Source: Candidatus Eiseniibacteriota bacterium (lineage in GTDB: Bacteria; Eisenbacteria; RBG-16-71-46). From it: 64,000 nt of DNA. Shown here piece by piece: positions 10,414 through 19,319 of this stretch. The position numbers were made by a program, and so were the translations under genes. How positions within the stretch are numbered: position 1 is the stretch's first letter; each line of letters opens with the position of its first letter. The notes under the pieces were generated by a model. It saw only the letters and a list, made by a program, of their open reading frames with translations. It did not search any database and had not been told where the DNA came from. The stretch is taken from contig CAVZLN010000003.1 of the NCBI GenBank assembly GCA_963776245.1, forward strand, positions 352,001 through 416,000. The letters are read 5' to 3'.

Positions 10414-11085
10414 TCAGCGCACGGTGCAGAGACGGTAACCGATCCAGATGAGGATCAGCCCGATGCACTCGAGCACGTAGAGCACCTCGGTGAGGCCCAT
10501 GCGCGAGTACGCCCCCCCGATCCCGGGCAGCACCGCCCCCACCGCGATGAGGGTATTGCCCACCGCGAACCGGCCGGGCGAGCCCCGGCGCAGGTGCTGC
10601 CACACCGATCGCCCCGCGCCACCGATCAGGAAGATCACCGCATACAGGTTCGCGGGCGGGCTGAACAGCCGCACCCACGACCACACCATGACCTTCCCGC
10701 TCAGCCGGTGCGGCTCGACCAGCGTCAGGTCCAGCGGCCCCACGGCGACCAGGATCGAGGCCACCAGCAAGTAGGTCACCACGAGCACGGTCAGCCGGTT
10801 CGCGACGCGTCGTTCGAGGTGGAAGTACACCGAGCCCTGGGCCAGGGACACGCCGCCCAGGAGCGCCCCGGCGACGTACCAGAGCCTGAACATCGCCGGG
10901 CTCCACCCCGCCAGCGTCACCGTGCTCTCGCACAGGGTGCCCAGTCCGTAGATGTAGACGCCGGCCGCCCACCAGCCGAGATACGGCCGCCCCGGCTTCT
11001 CACGGTGGCGGCGGAGCAGGATGGTGCCGAGCACCGCGGAGAGCACGGTGGTGAGGATCGGAACGTAGCGGACGTATTCGATCAA
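10414..11085 (-). CDS. Uncharacterised ~6-TM membrane protein directly downstream of the 42-heme cytochrome
   Basis: Hydrophobic helices, WY..GALLGG..LAQG.VY motif; TTG start after GGAGG. Confidence 0.65.
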   Translation of the reverse strand: MIEYVRYVPILTTVLSAVLGTILLRRHREKPGRPYLGWWAAGVYIYGLGTLCESTVTLAGWSPAMFRLWYVAGALLGGVSLAQGSVYFHLERRVANRLTVLVVTYLLVASILVAVGPLDLTLVEPHRLSGKVMVWSWVRLFSPPANLYAVIFLIGGAGRSVWQHLRRGSPGRFAVGNTLIAVGAVLPGIGGAYSRMGLTEVLYVLECIGLILIWIGYRLCTVR

Positions 11086-11201
11086 GGGGCCTCCGGTGGG
11101 CGCGCATCCTACCCCGCGCGCCCCGGACACGTCACGCCCCGCCCCCGCCATCCGTGGCGGAGGGGCATCGTCCAGGGCTCGCGCCCGGGCTCGGACCGAG
11201 G

Positions 11202-14200
11202 CTACTTGTCCGGCGCGGGCTCCACCGACGGATCGTGGCACTGGACGCACAGATCGCGCTTCGGATCGTCCCGCAGCAACCCCTCGAACTCCGCGGCATG
11301 CGGCCGGTGACAGCTCACGCAATCGATCGGCTGACCGGTGCGCGGGTCGGGTCGCTTGCTCGTGGTCGGGTGGTAGTGCTTGGACAGATCGGAATGGCAC
11401 GTCTGGCACACCTCGGCCACGTCCTTGCCCACCATCAGCGCCTTGCTGTCGCTCGCATGCGGATCGTGGCAGGTGGCACAGCCGTTCTCGAGCGCCGCGT
11501 GCTTGAACTTGCCCTGCGTGAGCTTGCGATCGTGGCAGCTGAAGCACAGCCCGTCACCGGCCCGCGCCGTGAGCTTCGGACCCGAGCCGCCATGCGGATT
11601 GTGGCAGGCGAGGCACTGCTTCTCGCTCCTCACCGGCGCGTGCACGTTCAGGCGCGCGACCCAGGTCTTGGCCTGCTCGTGGCACTTGAAGCAGAGCTGC
11701 TGACCGGACACGAGCAGGGCCTTGCTGCCGCGCGCGGCATGGCACGAGGTGCATTCCCCGCGCACGAACGGCAGGTGGGGGAACGGCCGCATGAGCCCCT
11801 TCGCGGTCTTGGCCTGGACGTGGGGATCGTGACACGAGCCGCAGTCGACGGTCGCCAGCGCCATGCCCGGATGCTTGGCGATGAGCGCGGGCTTGGTGAG
11901 CGCGTGGCAGCCGGAACACACCGCGTTGCCGGCCTTGCGCGTGAGGGCCGGGTTGGCCGACCCATGCGGCGCGTGACAGGTGAGGCACAGCCCCATCGCC
12001 ACCGGCGGGTGCGGCTTGCCTGCGGCGATGCGTGCCGCGAGCTCGGTGTGGCAGCCCGCGCACAGATCGGCGGTCTTCTTCTTGAGGATGCCCACGCCCA
12101 CGCCCTGGTGCGGCTCGTGACACTTCGAGCACTCGCCATCCTTCACTGGCGCGTGACCGTGGGCGAGGTTCGCCTCGCGGGCGACCGACGCATGGCACGA
12201 CGCGCACAGGCGGTCCTGCGGCTTGAGGAGCAGCGCGGGCAGATCCGAGGCGTGCGGCGTGTGGCAGGCGACGCACCGTCCGGCCTTGACCGGTGGATGC
12301 ACCCGCGCGGTCGCGCTCCGGGGCCTGGCCACGTCATGGCAACGCCCGCACAGCGTGGCCAGCGGAGCCTGGAGGTTCTTCGCTCCCGGCACGCCCGGCC
12401 CGTGGCAGTTCGTGCACTTCTTCTCGGCGAATCCGGGATGGCTCTTCGCCGGCATGAGCGCGGCCGTCTTCGACTCGTGCGGGGTATGGCACGAGAGGCA
12501 CTTGCCCGCGGCGAGGTCGGCGCCGCCGTGCTTGGACTTGAAGTCGTCGTCCGCGGGGTCATGGCAGTCCGCGCACAGCGCGGGGACCGCCTTGAGGAGC
12601 GCGGGCGCGGCCGCGCCGCCGTGCGGGTCGTGGCATCCCAGGCAGTCCCCATTGGCGACCGGGGCGTGCACCTTGTCGCCGTTCTTGCCGATCATCAGGT
12701 GGCAGGTGACGCACAGCGCGCCGCCCTCGGCCTTGAGCAGCCGGGCGTTCGCCGAGCCATGGACCTCGTGGCACGACGTGCACCGGCCCTGCTTCGCGGC
12801 GGTGTGCGCCCCTTCGGACGCCACCTTCGCGGCGATGTCGTCATGGCATTGCGTGCACAGCTCGGGCGGCTTCTGGACCAGCAGCGCCTTGGTCTCCCCA
12901 CCGTGTCCGCCGTGGCAGTCCACGCACGCCCCGTCCGCCACCGGGGGATGCGGGTGCGCCGCCTTGAGCGACGCCCGCACCTCCTGGTGACAGCGCAGGC
13001 AGAGCTCGTTGCCCGGCTTGACGGCGAGCGCCGGGTTGTCGGATTGGTGCGGATCGTGGCATCCGGTGCAATTGCCGCCGCTGAAGGGCGTGTGGAGTTC
13101 CTTGCCCAGCAGCTTGCGCTGCGCGTCCGAGTGGCAGGTCAGACACAGTCCGCTCATGTCCTTGACGAGGAGGCGGTTCTCCTTGCTCGCGTGCGGGGCG
13201 TGGCAGCGCAGGCAGTCCTGCTTGGCCACCGGGGGATGCACACCCTTGCCCTCGCCGATGCGCTTGCCGAGGTCCGCGTGACAGGTCAGGCACATCGCGC
13301 CGTCCGCGGACCGCGTGAGCTTCGGATTCGCGGACCCGTGGGGATCGTGGCACGACGAGCACGATCCGTCCTTGAACGCCTGGTGCACGACCGGGCCGCC
13401 CGGATCGGTCACCACGTCCTCATGACACTGGCCGCAGAGGACCGACTGGCGTTCCTTGAGGAGCTTGCCGGCCTTGCCGCCGCGGTGCGGATCGTGGCAG
13501 CTCAGGCAGTCGCCGTCCGCCGCGGGCGGGTGCGGCGACTTGCGGGTCGCGACGTCCGCGAGCGCGCCGTGACAGGTGGTGCAGAGCGCGGGCACCGGCG
13601 CCACGAGCGCCTTGGTGACCACTTTGCCCTCGAGCACGTGGCACGCGTCGCACTGGCCCGCGGCCACCGGGGCGTGCGCCCCCGCGCGTTCGAGCTTGGG
13701 CGCGGCCGAGGCATGGGCCGAGTGACAGTCCAGACAGGCGAGCCCGCCGCGGTTCAGTTTCGCGTGCCCGGCCGCGACCGCGGAGCCGGGGTGGCAGGTC
13801 GCGCACAGCGCTTCACCGTCGAGCTTCAGGAGGCCGGCGTTCGGGCCGCCGTGCGGCAGGTGACACGCTTCGCAGTCGCCCCGGGCGAAGGGGACGTGCT
13901 GGTCGGCCAGCTTGGACTCCTGCGCGGTCGCGTCATGGCATCCGAAGCACGTCCGCGCGGGGCCGCCCTCGCGCACGAGCTTCGCCAGATCCGACGCGTG
14001 CGGGTCGTGGCAGCCGAGACAGTCGCCCGCGGCGAAGGCCGCATGTGCGTGCGCCGGAGCGGTGCCCGCCTTGAGGTCGGCATGGCAGTCGAAGCACAAC
14101 TCCTTCGCGCTCTTCTTGAGCACCAGCTTCTGGCTGAAGCCGTGGCTCAGGTGGCACGCGGCACAGTCGTTCTTCCGGACCGGCGCGTGCACGACCTTCT

Positions 14201-14363
14201 TCGCGAACGCCTTCTTCGCTTCCTGGTGGCAGTCGTAGCAGGTGCGCGCGGGCGCGGTCTTGGCGGAGGCCTTGAGCTGCAGCATGCCGGCCAGCGCGGC
14301 GACCGCGGCGAGGGCCAGGACGGCGACGAGCGCGCGGCGGACGCGCGGGGCCCGGGCGGTCAT
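11202..14363 (-). CDS. Giant 42-heme c-type cytochrome (paired-CXXCH repeat family)
   Basis: 42 CxxCH motifs counted by hand in 1053 aa; repeating H-x-P-x4-CxxCH-x-P-H...L-CxxCH unit; N-terminal signal or anchor sequence. Confidence 0.95.
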   Translation of the reverse strand: MTARAPRVRRALVAVLALAAVAALAGMLQLKASAKTAPARTCYDCHQEAKKAFAKKVVHAPVRKNDCAACHLSHGFSQKLVLKKSAKELCFDCHADLKAGTAPAHAHAAFAAGDCLGCHDPHASDLAKLVREGGPARTCFGCHDATAQESKLADQHVPFARGDCEACHLPHGGPNAGLLKLDGEALCATCHPGSAVAAGHAKLNRGGLACLDCHSAHASAAPKLERAGAHAPVAAGQCDACHVLEGKVVTKALVAPVPALCTTCHGALADVATRKSPHPPAADGDCLSCHDPHRGGKAGKLLKERQSVLCGQCHEDVVTDPGGPVVHQAFKDGSCSSCHDPHGSANPKLTRSADGAMCLTCHADLGKRIGEGKGVHPPVAKQDCLRCHAPHASKENRLLVKDMSGLCLTCHSDAQRKLLGKELHTPFSGGNCTGCHDPHQSDNPALAVKPGNELCLRCHQEVRASLKAAHPHPPVADGACVDCHGGHGGETKALLVQKPPELCTQCHDDIAAKVASEGAHTAAKQGRCTSCHEVHGSANARLLKAEGGALCVTCHLMIGKNGDKVHAPVANGDCLGCHDPHGGAAAPALLKAVPALCADCHDPADDDFKSKHGGADLAAGKCLSCHTPHESKTAALMPAKSHPGFAEKKCTNCHGPGVPGAKNLQAPLATLCGRCHDVARPRSATARVHPPVKAGRCVACHTPHASDLPALLLKPQDRLCASCHASVAREANLAHGHAPVKDGECSKCHEPHQGVGVGILKKKTADLCAGCHTELAARIAAGKPHPPVAMGLCLTCHAPHGSANPALTRKAGNAVCSGCHALTKPALIAKHPGMALATVDCGSCHDPHVQAKTAKGLMRPFPHLPFVRGECTSCHAARGSKALLVSGQQLCFKCHEQAKTWVARLNVHAPVRSEKQCLACHNPHGGSGPKLTARAGDGLCFSCHDRKLTQGKFKHAALENGCATCHDPHASDSKALMVGKDVAEVCQTCHSDLSKHYHPTTSKRPDPRTGQPIDCVSCHRPHAAEFEGLLRDDPKRDLCVQCHDPSVEPAPDK

Positions 14364-14845
14364 GGCTTCTGGACCGGCGCGACCTTCGACGAGTCGCGTC
14401 GGGCGACGATGGGCTCGTGATTGTCGAAATCGATCCGCAGGATCTTGAAGGCCAGCAGCGACCGGCGGCCGAAGTGCGGCGGCATGTTGAGGAACGCCCA
14501 GGTGGTGTCGTCGGGCGCGCCATTCTTGCGCACGAAGATGCGCAGCGCCGGGTTGTTGGGGGAGTTCGAGGCCGAGACGATCTTCCGCGTCTTCATGTCC
14601 ATGGTGAAGTCGGGCAGGAACTCGCGGACCCGCGCCGTGTACTCCGTGTCACCGATGCGGAACTCCTCGTCGAGGCGGACGGTGGCCTCGTCGTAGAAGC
14701 CCTTGAACACGCGATGGCCGACGCCGACCTTGACCGTCTTCACGCGCAGCTTCTGTGCCGCGGAGACGGCCGCCTCACCGAGCGCGGGGACGGCCAGCGC
14801 CGCGGCCAACACCACCACCCACCACACCCCACCACGGCCCTTCAT
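14360..14845 (-). CDS. Small exported beta-rich protein (DUF2155-like / ResB-periplasmic-fragment-like)
   Basis: Signal peptide; FLPDF.M...I.S.SN.PNNPA.I...W.F motif; ATGA-coupled on both sides. Confidence 0.55.
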   Translation of the reverse strand: MKGRGGVWWVVVLAAALAVPALGEAAVSAAQKLRVKTVKVGVGHRVFKGFYDEATVRLDEEFRIGDTEYTARVREFLPDFTMDMKTRKIVSASNSPNNPALRIFVRKNGAPDDTTWAFLNMPPHFGRRSLLAFKILRIDFDNHEPIVARRDSSKVAPVQKP

Positions 14846-15477
14846 GGCTTCCCTCCAGGGGCCGGCAAGGAGTCCGGACCCGCCGGGAGCCGGAACCGGC
14901 GGAACAGCTCCTCCGCGGTCTGCTCCGTGAGCCGCTCCAGACTGTGCACGCGTCCCCAATTGAATACCGTTTCGCGATCCTCACCACTGCGTACCCGCAT
15001 GGCGGTCCAGACCACACGGCCATCGGCACCACTCAGCAATCGCATCGAGACCCCGACGCTCGGCACATCGCCCTCCGGGGTGCGCACCGACTCGCAATTG
15101 AGGATGGCGCCCGTCATCAGATAGGCGGCCCTCAGGCGCTCGGCGAGTTTCACCGCCTGTTCGCTGGTGAGCATGCCGGTGGTGCGGATGCGGAACTGGC
15201 TCAGCCCGGCCTCGACGTCGCCGGGCTCCACCATCTCGCACGCGCCCGTCCGCCCGAGCGCGCCGAAGAACACGCGGGTGACCATCTCGCCCGGCTCGGC
15301 GCGGCCCGACAGGTTCTCGAGCGGCAGCATCGCCACCCTCTGCAGCGCGGGCGCGCCGGGCGCCCCGGGCGCGCCGGGCGCCATCACCGGCGCCGGCGCG
15401 GTCGCCGCGCAGCCGGCGACCGCGAGCGCCAGGGCCGCCGATCCCATCCACCGGAGCATGCTCATGCGCGCGCCCAT
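14842..15477 (-). CDS. CsgG/HfaB/DUF799-like lipoprotein
   Basis: Lipobox AVAG-C; RVAMLPLENLSG, G.I..., V.V.MRL....GRVVW pattern. Confidence 0.75.
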   Translation of the reverse strand: MGARMSMLRWMGSAALALAVAGCAATAPAPVMAPGAPGAPGAPALQRVAMLPLENLSGRAEPGEMVTRVFFGALGRTGACEMVEPGDVEAGLSQFRIRTTGMLTSEQAVKLAERLRAAYLMTGAILNCESVRTPEGDVPSVGVSMRLLSGADGRVVWTAMRVRSGEDRETVFNWGRVHSLERLTEQTAEELFRRFRLPAGPDSLPAPGGKP

Positions 15478-15482
15478 GGCGG

Positions 15483-16085
15483 TCAGAACGCCTTCTGCTG
15501 CAACAGCGCCACCGCTCTCTGGCACGCTTCCTCCGTCACCCGGCCGAACGAGCGCGAGCTCGCGCCGCCGATGACCGGCAGCCGTCCGCGGCCCTTGCCC
15601 GTCACCGAGATCCGCCACACCGTGTTCCCGGTCTGCACGTCCACCAGCTCGGCATCGAACGACACCACCGGGAAGTCCTCGCCACCGACACGCTGAGTGC
15701 CGTATTCGGTCACCGCGCCGCGGATGATGCCGGTGGCCTGCACCTTCTCGGCGGCGTCCTTGAGCTTGCCCGCATCCACGTTGCCCTGCATGTCGGGGAT
15801 GGCGCCGATGCGGCTGAGTTCGCCCGCGAAGGCCGCGGGATCCACCAGCTGGAAGCGGTCGGCGATCACCAGTTCGGTCACCATCGCGCGCGTCACGCGC
15901 GCGCCCGCGTACGGGTCGCCGCCCAGGCTGGCGAAGGGCAGCACCGCCACCCGCTTGTAGAACGTCATGTCGGCGAGGCGATTCACGTAGAGCCGCGGGG
16001 CCGCCGCGCAGCCCGTGATGGACACGGCGGACGCGGCGGCGATCGCGAGCGCAACCCAACGCTTCTTCCATGCAGGCATCGTCAT
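15483..16085 (-). CDS. CsgG/HfaB/DUF799-like lipoprotein
   Basis: Lipobox ITG-C; RVAVLPFASL, IIRGAVTEYG and LVDVQTGNTVW motifs; paralogous to the adjacent gene. Confidence 0.78.
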   Translation of the reverse strand: MTMPAWKKRWVALAIAAASAVSITGCAAAPRLYVNRLADMTFYKRVAVLPFASLGGDPYAGARVTRAMVTELVIADRFQLVDPAAFAGELSRIGAIPDMQGNVDAGKLKDAAEKVQATGIIRGAVTEYGTQRVGGEDFPVVSFDAELVDVQTGNTVWRISVTGKGRGRLPVIGGASSRSFGRVTEEACQRAVALLQQKAF

Positions 16086-17800
16086 CTCCCGAAGGACATC
16101 GTGAGGCTGGCATCGTACTGCCGGGACTCGCTCGGGGCGCCGTGATCGGCCACGCTCGCCCCGCCATTCAACGTGAGCCGCCGCGACAGCGCGCCGGCCA
16201 CTCGCGCACCCATGATCTCGCGGCCCGAGAGCTGGTTCGCCACCACGTCGGTGCGGGACTCCTCGCTCCGGGTCCAGTTGCCGGAGAACTGCCATTGCGG
16301 CAGCGGCGACCAACGCGCCGACGCCGTCCGCATCGAGGTGCGGGGATTCTCCCTGGAGAACGTCTCGTTCTGCGAATACGAACCTACCATCTCAAGAGTC
16401 CGGACCGGTTGCCAGCGGACGTCCACCGTTTGGGACCGCGAGTGCGCCGTGGCGCTGCCCAGCCGCGGCCCGACGCGGTAGATGCGAGTCGCGTATCCCA
16501 GCCTCAGGCTGCGCAGCGGGTCGGCATTCAGCCGTCCGCTCGCGTCGGTGTTCCAGCGCTGGTCCCGTGAGGCCGTGTCGCCACTCGCCGCCACCTGGAC
16601 GTAACCCTCCGCTTCGAGCCCGCGGGCCAGCTTCATGCGCGAGGACCCGCGGACCATCTCGGCCCAGAACGCGCCGCGCACCGGGTCCCAGTTGGTGGTG
16701 TGGGAGGCGCTCGCGACGCCATACCAGCCCGGGCGGACGTTGCCCTCGCCCGAGGCGACCGCGGTGGCGTAGCGGAGCAGGTCCTGTCCGTTTCCGGAAT
16801 TCACGGTCCGGGCCCCCGCGCCGGCCGTGAGTCGGACGCCGCGTGTGGGAGCGACATTGAAGTAGAGCGAGCCGTCCTGGTCGGTGGAGTTGAACCGGCG
16901 ACTGGTCACGGACGACGAGTGGCGCACGACGTAACTGGCGCTCAGATCGGTGATGAGCGAGGGACGCCAGGTCCCGCTCAGATTGCCGCCCTGGGTGCGC
17001 GACGTGTTGGTGGTCAGGCCGCCCCGCCGGTTGCGGGTGTCGCCGATGTCGTACGCCAGGCCCAGATTGCTGTTCGGGGTCGGCGCCATGTTGAGGCTGG
17101 CCCCGGCGCTGGCCACGCGCTGAGTGGCGACGACCGGGTCGCTTCCCTTGGGCTCGCGCCGCTGGTCGCCCAGCGAGCCGAAGAACGAGACCGGGCCGAG
17201 CTCGTACGCGGCGTGCGCGTTGCGGTTCACCGCCGTCTCATCGGGGCTCATCAGGTCCGCGGCGCGGTGGCGCCGCGCCCACGACAGGTCGACCCGCGGC
17301 AAGCTCGGCACGAAGACCGCCGCGCCCAATTGGGTGTCCTGGGTCTTGGCCGTGAAGCTCAGGATGCGCGCCGTGTCTCCGGGCTGGCTGAGGCCGCCCG
17401 GACTCACCCCGATCGTCGCCGAGGCCGGGCTGTGCGTGCCGTAGAGCGAGAAGACGGAGTGATTGAGGCGCAGGCTCCCCGCCGCGGTGCGGCTCGCGTC
17501 GGGCAGCTTCACGTAGGCGAGGTCCGTATAGCGCAGGTTCGACACCAGCTGCAGGTTCGGCCGCAGGAAGGCCTGGTGATTGAGATCGTAGGTCTGGATC
17601 CAGAACTCGCGCGCCCGGGTGACCATCCTCGACGTGCCATCCGGGTTCGTCACCCGGAGCGATTGCTCGTACCGCTGGTATTGCCCGGTCACGAAGCCAT
17701 ACGCGCCTTGCGCGCGCGCAGACCCCGCATGGACCAGCAGCGCGAGCAGCGCCACCGCGAGCGCGGATCGCGCCCCGCCCGTTCTGCTCTCACCGCGCAT
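16082..17800 (-). CDS. Putative outer-membrane beta-barrel protein
   Basis: Signal peptide (ARA-Q), S/T/N/R-rich alternating amphipathic strands, C-terminal YDASLTMSF beta-signal-like end. Confidence 0.75.
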   Translation of the reverse strand: MRGESRTGGARSALAVALLALLVHAGSARAQGAYGFVTGQYQRYEQSLRVTNPDGTSRMVTRAREFWIQTYDLNHQAFLRPNLQLVSNLRYTDLAYVKLPDASRTAAGSLRLNHSVFSLYGTHSPASATIGVSPGGLSQPGDTARILSFTAKTQDTQLGAAVFVPSLPRVDLSWARRHRAADLMSPDETAVNRNAHAAYELGPVSFFGSLGDQRREPKGSDPVVATQRVASAGASLNMAPTPNSNLGLAYDIGDTRNRRGGLTTNTSRTQGGNLSGTWRPSLITDLSASYVVRHSSSVTSRRFNSTDQDGSLYFNVAPTRGVRLTAGAGARTVNSGNGQDLLRYATAVASGEGNVRPGWYGVASASHTTNWDPVRGAFWAEMVRGSSRMKLARGLEAEGYVQVAASGDTASRDQRWNTDASGRLNADPLRSLRLGYATRIYRVGPRLGSATAHSRSQTVDVRWQPVRTLEMVGSYSQNETFSRENPRTSMRTASARWSPLPQWQFSGNWTRSEESRTDVVANQLSGREIMGARVAGALSRRLTLNGGASVADHGAPSESRQYDASLTMSFGR

Positions 17801-19214
17801 AGTTGATGGTGTAGGTCTCGCTGCCGTGGCACGTCGGCGTGCACGTCCCTCCGGTCGTCGTCTCGGTGTAGGCCTGCATCCCCGGCGTGCGGCCGGTGAT
17901 GATCAGGTGCTTGCGCGTGGTGGATCCGTGGGTGGTGTGGCAGGCGTAGCACGGGTAGCGCTCGCTGCCCACGTGCGAGGCATGGCCCCGGCTGAACCCG
18001 GGCGGGTTGAAGCGCGAATAACCCTTGGTGGTCGAGCTCGAGGCGCTGTTCGCGTAGACGTCGTACCTGTGACACACGAAGCAGATCTCGTTCGAGGCCA
18101 TGGTGCGGCTCGCCGACGACGCGGTGTACGGCGCCTTGAGGATGTAGCGGTTGGCCGATCCATGCGGCCCGCGCGTGGTGCCGAAATCGCTGCCGTGACA
18201 GTCGGTGCAGCGCGTGGTGGAGAGCGCGCTCCACCCGGTCACGAACGCGAGCATATTGATGTTGGTATTGCGCCCGAGACCCTCGATCGGATGGAACGAG
18301 GGATTCGCGGGATTGAGCACGCGCGCCATGTCGGTCTGGCCCGCCGGCTGCGTGGTCCAGGAGGAGTGGCACTTGAAACACAGCGAGTACTCGGCGGTCG
18401 GCGCGGAGAGCGTGTCCGAGCCGGGCACGAAGGTGTAGCTCGGCGCGCTGCCAGCCGCGCCGTTGAGAACGGTCACGCGGCTCGCGCCCAGGATCCTCTT
18501 CGACGCGTCGCTCCCGGACGGCGGGAAGAAGTCGGCCCGCGAGACGTGCGGATCGTGGCAGTCCGGGCACTCGGCGTGACGCCGGTTGACCGGCGTGGTG
18601 CCGAAATCGGAAGGCAGCGACTCGAGCGGCCCGGTGTGACGGCCGGTGTAGTCGGTCACGGGGTGACGGTAGGTCTTCTGGACCTCGAGTTGGATGTTGG
18701 TGAGCGCCGGGCTGCCGTCGTGGCACGTGAGGCAGAGCTTCTCCTCGCGCTGGAGCATCAGGAACGGGATGGTCCCGCTGACATCGGACCAGCCGTGCGG
18801 GTCGTGGCAATTGAGACATTTTCCCGCGGCATCGGGCTCGATGCGCTGGGGAGGGATGGGCCCCGGCCAGATCATCGAGGACTTCGAGCCGTGCCCGGTC
18901 CCCGAGAACAGGGCCTGTCCCGCCAGTGACCCGCCCGCCCAGGGCGTGGCGTGGCAGGTGAGGCACAGCGCGTTGTCGTCGGGGGCCATCAGCAGATTGC
19001 CGAGGGGCGCGGGCTGCCCTTCTCCGTGCATCGAGTGGCAGCGGTCGCAGTCGCCCACGTGCGGGCCCGTACCGAGGATGCTCGAGATCTGCTCGGGCGC
19101 GCGGGGTGGACGCAATCGGGGCGCGGCCGACATCAGCACCAGCGCGGCGGCGGCGGCGAGCACTGCCGGTAGGACTCTGCCGCGGAATCCGTCGCTCCCT
19201 GCCCACTCGCGCAT
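17790..19214 (-). CDS. Multiheme c-type cytochrome (9 CxxCH plus one CxxxCH)
   Basis: CDRCH, CLTCH, CLNCH, CLTCH, CPDCH, CFKCH, CTDCH, CFVCH, CYACH and terminal CTPTCH; N-terminal hydrophobic stretch. Confidence 0.9.
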   Translation of the reverse strand: MREWAGSDGFRGRVLPAVLAAAAALVLMSAAPRLRPPRAPEQISSILGTGPHVGDCDRCHSMHGEGQPAPLGNLLMAPDDNALCLTCHATPWAGGSLAGQALFSGTGHGSKSSMIWPGPIPPQRIEPDAAGKCLNCHDPHGWSDVSGTIPFLMLQREEKLCLTCHDGSPALTNIQLEVQKTYRHPVTDYTGRHTGPLESLPSDFGTTPVNRRHAECPDCHDPHVSRADFFPPSGSDASKRILGASRVTVLNGAAGSAPSYTFVPGSDTLSAPTAEYSLCFKCHSSWTTQPAGQTDMARVLNPANPSFHPIEGLGRNTNINMLAFVTGWSALSTTRCTDCHGSDFGTTRGPHGSANRYILKAPYTASSASRTMASNEICFVCHRYDVYANSASSSTTKGYSRFNPPGFSRGHASHVGSERYPCYACHTTHGSTTRKHLIITGRTPGMQAYTETTTGGTCTPTCHGSETYTINYAR

Positions 19215-19242
19215 GATCATCTCCGGCTCGTGCACAACGGTG

Positions 19243-19268
19243 CGGTGCGGACCCGAAGGTCCGCACCG
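19243..19268 (-). terminator. 11-bp stem with cUUCGg tetraloop downstream of the OmcS-like gene (stabiliser or partial terminator)
   Basis: Minus strand CGGTGCGGACC-TTCG-GGTCCGCACCG, perfect stem; no strong U-tract. Confidence 0.7.
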
Positions 19269-19319
19269 TCCATTCAGGATCGGGCTGCGGCCGCCCGCTC
19301 CGTCGTCAACAATTCCGGA

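Noticed and set aside
11154..14420. 1088-aa plus-strand ORF opposite the 42-heme gene
   Set aside because: Antisense shadow ORF typical of high-GC DNA; no motifs, and the minus strand carries the clear gene.
16082..19214. Canonical MtrAB/PioAB porin-decaheme call
   Set aside because: Heme spacing is unlike MtrA/DmsE and the barrel is shorter with no MtrB motifs I recognise; kept only as a functional alternative.
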